Origin: Anolis carolinensis
Lineage: Eukaryota
Direction: 5' to 3'
Assembly: GCF_035594765.1 (NCBI RefSeq)
Contig: NC_085845.1
Location: forward strand, 191,162,897 to 191,226,896
DNA: 64,000 bases
This document shows, piece by piece, positions 1 through 12,379 of this stretch; position 1 is the first letter of the stretch; each line of letters opens with the position of its first letter. The notes below the pieces were generated by a model. It did not search any database, was not told where the DNA came from, and was given only the letters and a program-made list of their open reading frames with translations. Made by a program: the position numbers and the translations under genes.

Positions 1-182
1 AGTCAGACTCAGAGTAAATACATACTCACACTTTATTTCGAAACGGATTACAGGAGAAATGCAACGGAATGCATATTCAATTATCTGCAATGTGATGAAG
101 TCTATAGTCACAATTGTTTACTTTCTTTCCAGGTTTTGTATCATTGTCATCGTTAATGGTTGACATGATAATTTGTGGCATA

Positions 183-390
183 TTGTTGTTGTATGCCTCC
201 AGGTCATTTCTGACTTATGGCAAACTTATCATGGGGGTTTCTTAGCAAGATTTATTCATTGATGTTTGCTCCGGCCTTTCTCTGAGAGAATATTATCTGC
301 CAAAGTCACTCAGTGAGTTTCCATGGCCGAGAGAAGATTTGAACTCTGGTCTCCAAAGCCTTAGTCCATTGTTTTAATCACTACACTATG
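183..390 (-). mobile_element. tRNA-derived SINE with RTE-like (CAA)n tail, degenerate
   Basis: Reverse complement matches the plus-strand copy at 7931-8144: B-box-like GAGTTCAAATCT, CORE-like middle, tail ...GGCATACAACAACAA. Confidence 0.7.
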
Positions 391-1360
391 TAATGTAACT
401 GCATTGCTTTCCTGGAAACATTCTTTCCAAAGCATCATGACTACATGAAGTTCTGCAGGAACTACCATAGCCATCCCTAAAAATGAACACAAAGGTATGC
501 ATTATTAAGAAGCAACTAATTCAGGGCAAGCGACAGTAAAAAGAGTCTTAAATATTTAAAGCACCTAGTCAAAATATGATTGAGTAAAGAAACGTGCAAT
601 AAAGAAAACACCATTAAGGCTCCCCCCCCCCCCCGACCCCATTTCACCATCAACAAAAATCATGAACTGAATTTTTTAAGAGACCTTAAATTTACATCTT
701 ATGCCTAATTATTTCCTCATTAGAGAGTGTATATGAAAGGCAGTGCTAATTTCCATTATATATTATTCACTCTTGGATTGCTAATGATTTCATGCCTAAA
801 GTACAGTACATCCATAATAAAAAGTAAACTACTTGCTGTTCATTAGTTCTTCTGAATGGTTTCAAAATGCACACAATAGCTTGAGGTGCTGCACAAATTT
901 GTTGCTAGCATTTTGTCTTTTGCAATATTTGCATACAAATGGTATCTTTTATTCTTTCTTGCATAATTAATTTTATGCCCTAATATCTTCTCGACAGAGC
1001 CTCACCTTTTGAGATCTTTGCAACCCAGTCATTCCCATCTCTTAAATTCTTCCTTCGCTTTCTCATAAAAGGAATTTTGAGGTGTTTGTCAACACTTTAC
1101 TTCTTATAGCCTCTAAACCACCAAAAGGACAAATGGCTGCAAATCATAATACCATGTCTAGTGCAAGATCATAATCTTTCCAGATATCAATTCCCAAACC
1201 AAGCACTGGAGCACCTAGCACAAAGTTTTATATTTTTACAACTCCAGCACTTCTCAAGACATTGTTGAACTACAACTCCCATCAACTGGGCCAGTACATC
1301 CAGCCATGAATGTTAGGAATTGCATTTCAATACCAGTCAATATTTCATAGATTAAAACTA

Positions 1361-1614
1361 GGAGCCCCCGGGGCGAAATGGATTAAACCCTTGTGCTGGC
1401 AGGATTGCTGATCGAAAGGTCGGCGGTTTGAATCCAGGGAGTAGGGTGAGCTCCAGTCTGTCAGCTCCAGCTTCCCATGCAGGGACATGAGAGAAGCCTC
1501 TCAGACAATGGTAAAACATTTGGGCATCTGCTGGGCAACATCTTTGCGGACAGCCAATTATCTCACACCAAAAGCAACTGGCCGTTTCTCAAGTCGCTCC
1601 TGACACACAAAAAA
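1361..1614 (+). mobile_element. SINE with Sauria-like tRNA head and Vingi-derived body/tail (contains HDV-like fold)
   Basis: Head GGAGCCCCCGG..., B box GGTTTGAATCC, body GGGACATGAGAGAAGCCTC...CTGGGCAAC, tail GCTCCTGACAC-An; homologous to 8965, 42968, 56868 and 62062 copies. Confidence 0.85.
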
Positions 1615-1691
1615 TAGATGAAAACTGAGACACGTGTGGCCAAGAAACATCGATGTATGGTCAGGATAGTAAAAGTTACTAATGAGAAATA

Positions 1692-2014
1692 CAGTAGAGT
1701 CTCACTTATCCAACACTCGCTTATCCAACGTTCTGAATTATCCAACACATTTTTGTAGTCAATGTTTTCAATACATCATGATATTTTGGTGCTAAATTCA
1801 TAAATACAGTAATTACTACATAGCATTACTGCATATTGAACTACTTTTTCTGTCAAATTTGTTGTATAACATGATGTTTTGGCGCTTAATTTGTAAAATC
1901 ATAACCTAATTTGATGTTTAATAAGCTTTTCCTTAATTCCTCCTTATTATCCAACATATTCGCTTATCCAACATTCTGCTGGCCCATTTATGTTGGATAA
2001 GAGAGACTCTACTG
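1692..2014. mobile_element. Tc1/mariner (Tigger/pogo-like) MITE, 323 bp
   Basis: TIRs CAGTAGAGTCTCACTTATCCAAC / GTTGGATAAGAGAGACTCTACTG, TA on both sides (1690-1691, 2015-2016), subterminal TTATCCAAC repeats. Confidence 0.92.
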
Positions 2015-2079
2015 TAAGACACAAGCCACAAAGTGGTTACATGAGCTAGCTTTTGCCCAAGTCTATTGGAGAAGAGAAG

Positions 2080-2295
2080 AGCAAGACTAGACTCCATCTT
2101 CTCCTCTTCTCTCTTCTTCTCTCCTACTTTTGCATTTTGAACTCAGTTTGTAGTAACTGCAGCAAGCCAAGGATGAAGAGGAAAAGTAGAAGGAAGACAG
2201 CAAAACAAGGACATTTTAAAAGGATCTGAAACAGTGGGACAACAGGGGATTATTCAGGCGGACTATCCCTGCATAATCAAGATAGTTGGCCAGCT
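2080..2295 (+). repeat. Old interspersed repeat (probable DNA transposon remnant)
   Basis: Shares motifs TTGAACTCAGTTTG, AGTAAGC/AGCAAGC and GGACATTTT with 32518-32722, 52780-53035 and (reverse) 36430-36690. Confidence 0.45.
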
Positions 2296-2651
2296 TCTGT
2301 TTTCAGAAAATGATAAGAAGTTACTTCCCGTTTCAGTTTCTGAGATTTTGTGTATGCTGTTGTTTCCATGTGATGAGAATTTACATGAGATAATCTGCCA
2401 CTCCAAAAACAGCATAAACAAAAATGTGAGCTTTTTCAGAACATCTCCATTTTGTTTATTTGTTTTGCAAAACAATGTTTGAGTGTGTAGCAGATTTAAG
2501 CAGGTAAGGGGCAATGAGGAGGAGGAAAAAGAAAAGAGGAGAAAGAGGAAACTCTGATTTGTAGCTATGCTAATTCATGCTCAATACATAGAATTAAAAT
2601 GGACTGCACCTCAAAACAGGAAATGATTAACTCAAGGCATAGTATCCCTGA

Positions 2652-3671
2652 TGTTGTAGCCGAGCCTGCTCCTGAGCTGTCAGAGTAGCCTGAGATTGGG
2701 CCTGTTCAGCCTGTGATTGTCCCTGCTCCTCACTCCATGATTGTTCCTGCACCTGACTTGTCAAAGGACTCTGGGTTTAGGCCTGAGGTTCCTATGCATC
2801 TAGAGTTGGAGGAAACTGCTGTCCCAGGCCAGCCAGAGTTTGACTTGAAGTATTCTGGGAACAGGCACACAATGGTTTCATGCCGGCAGCTTGAACCGTA
2901 TTCCTTGAAGGAGTCAAGGTCAGACGTTCCTTTGCCAGATGGGCATTCTAGTGAGGATTCTAGCTGTGATAAGGCTAATGAGCTTGACAGAAAAAAAGCA
3001 ATTTATCAGCAGAGAAGAGAAAGGGAGGAATTCAAGCACAGTAAGTTATTGTTATTGAGAAAGAATAATGAGCAGACTTCCCATGTGAGAAGAGGCCTTG
3101 AGTTTATACTTAAGAGCTGCTTTCTGTGAGAGATTCAGAGGTGGTAACTTTGCTCATCGAGAGAGAGATCTCTGCTTTATGCTTCAAGAATCCTGTTCCA
3201 TGTTCCTATGGACTTCCATGTCAATTTATGCAGCTTTGTGCCTTGAGTCCCATTCCAGTCTTTGTCCTTGCTATTGAGGATTTGGATTATCCAGTTATTG
3301 ATCTTGTAAGTTTGCAGTTTGGATTTCCTGCTTCAGTCAAGATTCTGCCTTGAGTTCCAGCATTGACCCTGTCCCTTGGATTAATTTTGATGTTTGATTC
3401 CTGCATTCCAGTTTGATCCTGTGCCTTGGACTAATTTTGATACCTTGTTTGGACTAATTTTGATATCTGGTTTGGACTCTGATCTTCTGTGTGATTTTTG
3501 TAGACTCTTGCTTCAAGATTCTCAAGTATTTGTACCTTGTGGCCTTATTTCATTGACTTTGAACTTTGATTTGCTACTGCTTGCATATAGTCTTCAATGA
3601 ACAGCTTGCTTTGCTTATATTCTGGGGCTCCAGTGTGTTTTGAGGTGCCTCTGCAGCCTAGGGGTGGAACA
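2652..3671 (+). mobile_element. Solo LTR (Gypsy/Ty3-like), 1020 bp
   Basis: Begins TGTT, ends AACA; perfect 5-bp TSD CCTGA (2647-2651 and 3672-3676); degenerate polyA signal near 3595; reading frame runs from LTR nt 2 (2653-3129, one TAG). Confidence 0.9.
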
Positions 3672-5079
3672 CCTGAAAAGCTTCTGTGGTGCTTTTCCTG
3701 CTCACAGAGGTAAGATTTATAATGCAATTGTGATAATTAACGGTCACAATCTCAAATCAGTTTGGGAAGAACAAAACAGGAATCATGAGCTCAAATACTA
3801 CAGTGACATCATGTGGATTCCCAATAAAAACAGAAGGAGCAAAGTATGGTAACTCCAGATGTAATAGCTAGTATGAAAACAATGTCGTCTTGACATGTAA
3901 AATGAATTTCAGATCATGTAGACTTAGTCAAAATCGTTAAGCATAGTTTTGTTTCTTAGGATGCCTGTTTTTACAGTCATTAGCGAAATCAAAATGAATT
4001 TCTACCAGATAATTGTATTCCTGTGAGCCTCTGGTAATTAGGACAAATGCTCCATTGCTACATTTCTCCTTTTGCCAATTAGAACAAGCCAATTAATTCT
4101 AATTTGCAGAGTGTTTTGGAAAGAAAGGGACTATTGGAGAGAATACTGAAGTTCTGAGAGCAACAAGGTCAGCAAAGAACCTTAAATTGAGCTGAAAGGA
4201 ACAATTTCCATTGTCCCAGAAGTGTAAATCTAAGAAATTGCTATATATTTGAATACTAGTAAATGTTGGTGGTGGTTGCCACATTTGATGATGTAGTTCT
4301 CAAGTTTTGTTGAAATAACCAGATGGCATTTCTGCTCTGGATTATTTGGTGGTAATTCCATTCTCCATCATCTTTTACAGGAACATTTTGAAAATCGAAG
4401 TATATGAGTGGAGGCAAGTGGACACAGGAGAGACTACAAATGGGCAATTCCCAGAACCAAGTGTGGAGCCCTGCTGTGAGTATTCTAGCTTCTTTGTTCC
4501 AGTCTGGAAACACCTAGGAGCAACAATGACATGCTGAATATTTTCTATGCGCATTCAGCAAGCCTTGTGCTAAATCATATTGCTCAAACCTTTTTGGGAT
4601 ATTAGAAAGCACTTGCAACATGTGATCATTTTAAACAGGAGTCGTAAAAATGCTGTGAAGGGAAAACTCTCAATGGGTTCTGTAGTTCCTTTGTGTTAAT
4701 AATTGCTAAATTATTATCATTTAATAGGGTAAGAAGAAACACCTTGAAAATAGTGTGTGAACTTTTCCCGCTGGGGAGAAAAGAAACACATTTTCTACTA
4801 ATTCTCATTAGTATCCCATTGCTTATATTGACAGTTCATGGAAGAAGTGTGCACAAATGTAGGACATAATGTCTAGACCTTTCTCCTCATCTATGTCATC
4901 TGCACAGTTCTCTTCCTGCACACAGAGGTGTTTATTTCATACCTATACACCTGTGCATGTTTAGTGTTGTTATCTTACAGATGTTGATGTATCACATATA
5001 GGATGCTGTGTGAAAGCAAATAGCCCATAAAAGACTTGAATGGAGTTAGCAGTTCTGCCAAAACCACCAGATTCTAGGT

Positions 5080-5341
5080 CAGCGTTTCTCAACCTGAGGG
5101 TCGGGACCCATGGGGGGGGGTCACGAGGGGGGTTCAGAGGGGTCGCCAAAAATTAGTATTTTCTGTTAGTTGTGGGGATTCTGTGTGGGAAGCTTGGCCC
5201 AAATTCGATTGTTGGTGGGGTTCAAGGGGCTCTTTGATTATAGATGAACTATACATCTCATCCAAAATGTCAAGTTCTATTTTCCCCAAACTCCACCAGT
5301 GTTCAAGTTTGGGCATATTGAGTATTTGTGCCAAGTTTGGG
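5080..5341 (+). mobile_element. Non-autonomous hAT (Charlie-type) element, one end only
   Basis: Terminus CAGCGTTTCTCAACCTGAGGGTCGGGACCC of the CAGxGxTTCTCAAC class; second terminus not found. Confidence 0.7.
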
Positions 5342-6489
5342 ATGACAGACAGATCTGGGATGAGAAAGGATAGATATTGGCTTCAGGCACCTAGGGTTAT
5401 GGACCCACACCCAGAACCTGGAGAATGACCCAAATCACACACAAGGCTTACAATTGAGGTGATGAGCAGTGAAGGGTTCAGGTCTGCGCTCAGTCCATTT
5501 TCCATCCTCTGTTCCCACTAATAGGCATTTGTTTCTAGTTTTGGAACAAAAGGCTGTTGGGAGTTCAAAAGAGGTGGTTTGGATGGTATGGATGACATAG
5601 ATTCAGTAAACTCTTCCTCCATGAATGGTGCCACCACAGACTGGCCATGACAGCCATCAGCCTTGGCGCATAAATAATAACGGCTCTACAAAAGGCACAC
5701 AACATGTCGGAGATATTTGTGAAAAGTAGACCCCTATTTATATCTAGCTAGCTACAAATACAGCCGCATAACAGTCATCAACTTTGCAGACAGTATTATC
5801 ATCTTCAAAGTTCCATATACAAACTATTTTCAAACAAAGGAATGACTCTTGTGTATTCCTGAGTTTTCTGATAAAAGGAGTTACCTTGCTTCTTGCAGGT
5901 GACATATTTCAGATACTGAGCATATTTCTACAACTGGTAAACTCTGAAATCCCTGAAGGTCATATTTGAGAGGGAGGGCGCTTAAAGAGCAGACCTGAAT
6001 ACTGAAAACCTTTTTAGAACACACATTCACGTGTGGCTGCGCATCCCAGGAGGAAATAGATATGTGCAGCTACCAAAAAGACGGGGAAAGGAAAAAGAAA
6101 TGCTTCTTATGTATCTCATTTCAAGGTCTGTCCTTTTTTATGTTGGCAAAAAACTCATAAGCTCGAGACAGTCTAAGAGGGTTTTTTATAAAGAAAAAAA
6201 GAAAAGAGAAAGATGAACCTGCGGAATTGTAGTCCAGCACAAGAATTAGTAAAAAGAAAGCATCTCATGACAGTGGGGCAAGGAGTGCAGCTGTGTTTCC
6301 GCTCAGATTTTAACGGAGCTATCCAACATACTGAACTCTCTGCCTCCCCCGCCCCCAAGTCACCCTATTTGGTTCACTGCCTTGGGTGTTGTCTGTACAG
6401 GTGAATTTTCCTGGTCCGTAGTGATCACGTTAACATCATACAAGTCCTTATTAAACTGAGGTGAGAACAGCATTAAGAATCACACATTT

Positions 6490-6580
6490 CATAGAATCAT
6501 AGATTAATAGAGTTGGAAGAGACCTCATGGGCCATCCAGTCCAACTCCCTGCCATGCAGGAACACAGAATCAAAGCACCC
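6490..6580 (-). mobile_element. CR1 LINE extreme 3' end
   Basis: Reverse complement of the CR1 tail (GGGTGCTTTGA...GTTGGACTGGATGGCCCATGAGGTCTCTTCCAACTCTA...ATTCTATG). Confidence 0.85.
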
Positions 6581-6729
6581 TCTATGCGAGGCCACACCAC
6601 TGTTAAAGTGCACTCCTGCCATGATCACACGTGCTATACTTTGCATTATTTCTGTCCACTCATTTGTGGCTGTTCCAGTTTTTTTCTCCTTCTCATGCAT
6701 GCAAGTATATGCATTATATGGTGATAGGG

Positions 6730-7063
6730 AATGGCCATGTATAAATATGTGAGGGGGAGTCATAGGGAGGACGGAGCAAGCTTGTTTTCTGTTGCCCTGG
6801 AGACTAGGATATGGAACAATGGCTTCAAACTACAGGAAAGGAGATTCCACCTGAACATGAGGAAGAACATCCTAACTGTGAGAGAGAGCTGTTCAGCAGT
6901 GGAACTCTCTGCTCCGTAGTGTGGGGGGCTCCTCCTTTGGAGGCTTTTAAGCAGAGGCTGGATGGCTATCTGTTGAGGGTGCTTTGAATGCAATTTCCTG
7001 CTTCTTGGCAAGGGGTTGGACTGGATGGCACGTGAGGTCACTTCCAACTCTATGATTCTATGA
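6730..7063 (+). mobile_element. CR1 LINE 3' fragment
   Basis: Encodes [12 protein letters not shown]...[14 protein letters not shown] (CR1 ORF2 C-terminus) followed by 3' UTR and ATTCTATG tail. Confidence 0.93.
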
Positions 7064-7930
7064 AATGCTGGTACACAAAGTTGCACCCATAACGATAAGC
7101 AATTATAAGTACAAACACACCTTTAAAAACAATGGTAACGGTAACTGCACAAATGCTCAATTAAAAAGTACCGTTGGTTGCATACCAACTGCATGCATTT
7201 CATGGTGAAAGGGGTCCCATCTACCTGTGCCACTAAATGCACCCAAAACCCCACACTCTGGTTCAGACTAGAAAAGTGCAGAGTTAACTTGGATTTAAGT
7301 TCCCAGGGTGGAAATGACTGAATTAGATTTGCCTGCGCAGATAATGTCTTGGATGCCTCATTTAAAATATAGATTAAAATCAGGGTTGGTTTACCACTGA
7401 GATGACATAGAAGTAACCATCATCCACAGATCAAGTGTGCAAATGCCTGCAATGGTGGCTGGCTACTCTGTCCCATTACATATGAAGCATAAGATGGAGA
7501 AAAACCATTCTTAGAGCAAAACGATTAAGCAGAGGTTATAAATTTCTTCCTATTTTTGACTTACTTCCAGCTACTTTTCTCACCAGGCAAATCCATATTA
7601 GGTTCAGGTGACTTACTGGGTCAGGGAAAAAAGCACCAGGGTTTTTTGATTCACAGGGACAATGATGCTTGCTATCTGAATTTCACTCATATGTTGCTGT
7701 TTCATTTGACCTTAGCTGCAGGCCTCACAACTAGAGAAGCCCCAAATCATATTTAAAAACTGGCAACTGAACAGCATCCACCATCTCACCTGAGGGTGCT
7801 AGGCTAGTTTTAGTGGCATGTGATATACAGAATTATGTTTGGTGTATATCAGTGTGACTGCCCCACTGATCTACCAACTAGGTAGTGTCCTAGCCTAACA
7901 AAACGAAGTGTGATGAATATGAGCAAACAC

Positions 7931-8144
7931 GCGCAGTGTGGTGGTTTGAGCCTTGGACTGTGACTCCGGAGACCAGGGTTTGAATTCCCACTCAGCCACA
8001 AAACCCATTGGGTGACCATGGGGAAGCTGCACTCCCACAGGCTCAAAGGAAGGCAATAGCAAACCTTTCCCCCAGAAAACCCTGGGATAGGTTCGCCTTA
8101 GGATCACCATAGGTTGGAAATGATTTGAAGGCATACAACAACAA
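7931..8144 (+). mobile_element. tRNA-derived SINE with RTE-like tail
   Basis: A/B boxes (TGGTTTGAGC; GGGTTTGAATTCC), GGAAGGCAATAGCAAAC motif, tail GTTGGAAATGATTTGAAGGCATACAACAACAA. Confidence 0.8.
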
Positions 8145-8499
8145 GGTCTGGTGAGATTTTTGGTCACTATTTATATCTAGACTGATTTACTTTTCTTTTT
8201 AAGCCAGAACTGAGTATCTGGGCATATGTGATAAAAAGTTGGGTAGCTCACATCCATAAGCACACATACACCGTCACCCAGCTGTTTTAAATTGAGTCAT
8301 CTTCTCTTTCTGCTTGGCCAACATACTCGGTTGATTTAACAGTGATACATAAGTTCACCTAATCTCCCAAGTTCTTTGCAAACAAATCAAATATCAAAAA
8401 TTCAAATAGATATTCTTTGTCTTACCATATAAGCTGAATGGGAACACTTTTTTCTCTTTCACTTTTTCAGAGCATCTATACTAGGTGGTCCTAAATCTT

Positions 8500-8929
8500 A
8501 TAGTAACCTATGGATGTGAGAGCTGGATCATAAGGAAGGCTGAGTGAAGGAAGATAGATGCTTTTGAACTTTGGTGCTGGAGGAAAATGCTGAGAGTGCC
8601 TTGGGCCGCAAGAAGATCCAACCAGTCCATCCTCCAGGAAATAATGCCCGGCTGCTCACTGGAGGGAAGGATATTAGAGGAAAAGCTGAAGTATTTTGGC
8701 CACATCATGAGAAGACAGGAAAGCTTGGAAAAGATCATGATGCTGGGGAAAATGGAAGGAAAAAGGAAGAGAGGCCGACCAAGGGCGAGATGGATGGATG
8801 GTATCCTTGAAGTAACTGGCTTGACCTTGAAGGAACTGGGGGCAGCAACAGCCGACAGGGAGCTCTGGCATGGATTGGTCCATGAGGCCATAAAGAGTCG
8901 GAAATGACTGAATGAATAAAGAAGAAGAA
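8500..8929 (+). mobile_element. RTE-BovB clade LINE 3' fragment
   Basis: ORF 8587-8907 LRVPWAARRSNQSIL...KLKYFGHIMRR...GKRKRGRPRARWMD is the typical BovB RT C-terminus; tail GAGTCGGAAATGACTGAA. Confidence 0.93.
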
Positions 8930-8964
8930 AGCTTATTTAAAGCTATTTTGAACATATTTCACTA

Positions 8965-9203
8965 GGAGCTGCAGTGGCGCAATGGATTAAACCCTTGTTT
9001 CGGCTGAACTGCTGACCTAAAGGTTGGCAATTCAAATCCATGAGACGGAGTGAGCTCTCATCTGTCAGTTCTAGCTCACTTGCAGGGAAAGAAGAGAAGC
9101 CTCCCAGCACATCCGGGCATCCCCTGGGCAACGTTTCTGTAGATGGCCGATTCTCTCACACCAGAAGCAGCTTGCAGTATATTTGCTTCTGACACGATTA
9201 AAA
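8965..9203 (+). mobile_element. SINE with Vingi-derived body/tail (HDV-like fold)
   Basis: B box variant; GCCTCCCAGC...GGGCATCCCCTGGGCAAC...GGCCGATTCTCTC; tail GCTTCTGACACGAT; TSD AACATATTTCACTA / AACATATTCCACTA. Confidence 0.85.
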
Positions 9204-10067
9204 AACATATTCCACTAAGCTGTGTGTGTGTATTCTTCTACATATACACACATAGGTATTTATCTGGGAGAAATATGTATATAGATATGTATACCTCTTA
9301 TGTTTCCATTGAGATGCTACACTAATAAGGTTATTTTGTAAGCACAAAAGTTTTTGTTTTCAGATCCTGCATTACAACTCGACTCTTTCATTTTCAAAAT
9401 TATGAACAGTAATGTCATGTTATTAAAAATATCTAATCTTGACGGTATTAGGGTATGCAAAACAGAAAGGAAATCACCAAAGGCTTTCAGCTCTAGGTCA
9501 AAGGAGCGTTGTTTGTCTCTTATTAGCATGACGAAGTGAAGTCTGCAATTATATTAGAAGTCTGGTTAAGGCATAATTAGTAGGGAGCCTGTGCATTTGC
9601 AACTACCATAGTTCTCACAGAGCAGCACATTCAAACTGCAGTCTCATAGAGAAAATGTTCCCTTTAGTATGGATTTCTGTCTCCCAAGAAAGACAAAATA
9701 AGATGGAAGCTTGTTGTGCTCGCATTTGTTTCTAAAACTTTTTGAAACTCTTCTACTTTAATTGCAATTAGATCCATAGCATTTTTACAATACTGGTCTC
9801 AACATGTGTGGTAGTTTTTTTATTTGTTGGAGATGGGAAGACCTCTTGAAGGTAGGCATGGTGGAAGGATGAATGGGGGGAATTTGTATGTGTCTCATGA
9901 TATATGATGTTAGGATTTAAAACCTGCAGTATGTGAGAACATTAAGCTGAAATGTGGCCGGTGTCATTGTTATAGGATTCTGCTCTCCAAATGAAATCAT
10001 GTTCCCCAAACTTCTCAGACCTCTAGCATTATAGTAACTTCAGTTGAGCATTTAGAAATATCATAAA

Positions 10068-10209
10068 GGCCCCTTCTACACTGCCATATAAAATCCAGAT
10101 TATCTGCTTTGATTATATGGCAGTGTAGACTCCTATAATTCAGTTCAGAGCAGACAATGCATCTTATCTGCTTTGATGATCTGGATTATATGGCAGTATA
10201 GAAAGGGCC
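10068..10209. mobile_element. PIF/Harbinger-type MITE
   Basis: TIRs GGCCCCTTCTACACTGCCATATAA / TTATATGGCAGTATAGAAAGGGCC; family recurs several times in the window. Confidence 0.8.
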
Positions 10210-10575
10210 ATAGACATCCAAAGTAAACAGTGGGCAAAGTTATCAAGGGAAAGCAGAATAATTCTAGGTTTGAAGAATTTTAGTAAGACCATGGAAACCA
10301 TACGAGCAGTTTCATTTGCCCATCTGTGGTTTCAGGGGGAAATTATCTTTCTAGGAATTTGTTAGGTCCTTCAGGCAATTATATGGTTTGCATCCCCCAG
10401 AGATTACCATCAAGCCACCCAGGACAACTCCATAATATGCTGATGTGAGAAGTTAGCTACTTTCATGATGTTTGGTTATCTCCTCGATTTCAGGTAACTG
10501 TGATGCAACCAGGAAAATACTTCCTGTGGCTATATAGGTCTTACTGCATATCACTCTCTGCAAAGCTAGACATTT

Positions 10576-11023
10576 GGGGCCGGGCTGTGGCACAGGCTGT
10601 TGAGCAGCTGCAATAAATCACTCTGACCATGAGGTCATGAGTTCGAGGCCAGCCCGTGGCGGGGTGAGCACCCGTCAATTAAAAATAAAAAAAATAGCCC
10701 CTGCTCGTTGCTGACCTAGCAACCCGAAAGATAGTTGCATCTATCAAGTAGGAAATAAGGTACCACTTATAAAAGTGGGGAGGCAAGTTTAACTAATTTA
10801 CGACCTGGAATGAGGAAGTGCCGTCAAAGTGGATGATGAAGCAGCTGCTCCCCCTGTGGCCAGAATCGAACATCCCCTCAGAAGAAGGTTAAATTGCCTC
10901 TGCGTCTGTCTGTCTCAGTCTCTGTTTGATGTGTTTATGGGCATTGAATGTTTGCCCTATGTGTGTATAATGTGATCCACCCTGAGTCCCCTTCGGGGTG
11001 AAAAGGGCAGAATATAAATACTG

Positions 11024-11058
<35 letters not shown>
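10576..11058 (+). mobile_element. Anolis SINE2-like element (tRNA head, L2-type tail), long form
   Basis: Head GGGGCCGGGCTGTGGC, B box GAGTTCGAGGCC, tail CCCTGAGTCCCCTTCGGGGTGAAAAGGGCAG...(TAAA)n shared with L2 3' ends in this window. Confidence 0.9.
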
Positions 11059-12379
11059 AATTGAGAGCTGAAATTTATTTGGGGAGCAGAATTCTCATTT
11101 GCAGGGAAAATGCCCTGCTTTTGCTTCCCACCCCCCAACTTCATATCTGGATTCTGCCTTTGACTACTCAGCTCTGATCTGGAGATTATGGGAAAAGAAA
11201 TCATGACAGTAAGGGAGCCTCTTTGTGCCAGTAGAACAGAGGAGTTCCCTTGACTCAGGAACCCAAGTGCCTTGGGTTGGTTTTGAAATAGCAACTTGTA
11301 AGCCTGTCTATGTACTGTGTACATGTTTTCAGAAGCAGCTACACAAAAGTAGCAAGTAAGTCACAAACATAATGTGTAAACTGAACCTCAGTGTGCATTT
11401 TTTATTTGTTCCAGTTGTATTGGTTCATCTTAAGCTCCGCATCCTGCCCCACCTTTACTCAGACACAGTCTTTAATCTCCAACTTCTTTGCACTGAAATT
11501 GACCCCTCCGACTGGAACAGGGACATGAGAACACACTGCGAGTTCAAACAGATGAGGTTCTGCATAATAAGTACATGGACTTTCTCTCGTCTCTTTTCCT
11601 TAATTCTTTTGCCTGGGAGCTTCCACTCTGAGAAGATGGAAATTTCACGGAGTGATGGATAACATACCTTAGCCTCTTAGTGTTTCCACCCTCTGAGGAA
11701 GAAGCAAGAATGAAACCCTTTGCCTACTAAATTCAAATCAATGCTATTTCACAGCCTCCCAAAGCCCAGCTTCCGATGCTGAGATCCCAATCTAAACCCT
11801 TCTGTATTTTTATTCTGAAATACAAAGCCCAACAATGTTCACTGGGTAGAGAATTAGAAAACAGTGACTAACAATGTGAAAATAATTCTTGTTCTGAAAT
11901 TTCATCTCTGGAAAACCATCTTCATTGTCTTCATTGGGACAAGCAGAATATCTCTCCTCCCAATATTGTTTCTTCCATCACGGGAGAGAAAATCTTCCAT
12001 CTCAATGGCACTTTGGAATGAGACTTTTATATTTATACTCAAGTGCTCTACAGCTCCTCCTCCAGGAAGATGGAACTGACCAATCAGCAGGATAGATATA
12101 TTTAGGGGAGGAGCCTGTGCAAAGTACCAGGACCTGACGTCCTAGAAGGCAGTCTAGACCCAACTATATAGCACATATTCCTGTCTTTCACAGTAATATC
12201 ATTATTTTGTCAGTTTTCAGCCACTAAACTCTAAGTAAGCCAAAAACCTGATAATTACATAGTCATAACAAAAGATCACAACAATAATTCTCAACAAATA
12301 TAAGTCATATTCAATGCACTCAACACATCTGAACAATGCCTTGTGATTTTCTGCTACTAACTGAGCATTCCTATGATGC

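Noticed and set aside
4381-4475. Candidate exon (pyrimidine-rich ...TTTTACAG acceptor, GTGAGT donor, one open frame)
   Set aside because: Peptide not recognisable and no partner exons identified; such signals occur by chance in 64 kb. RNA-seq would be needed.
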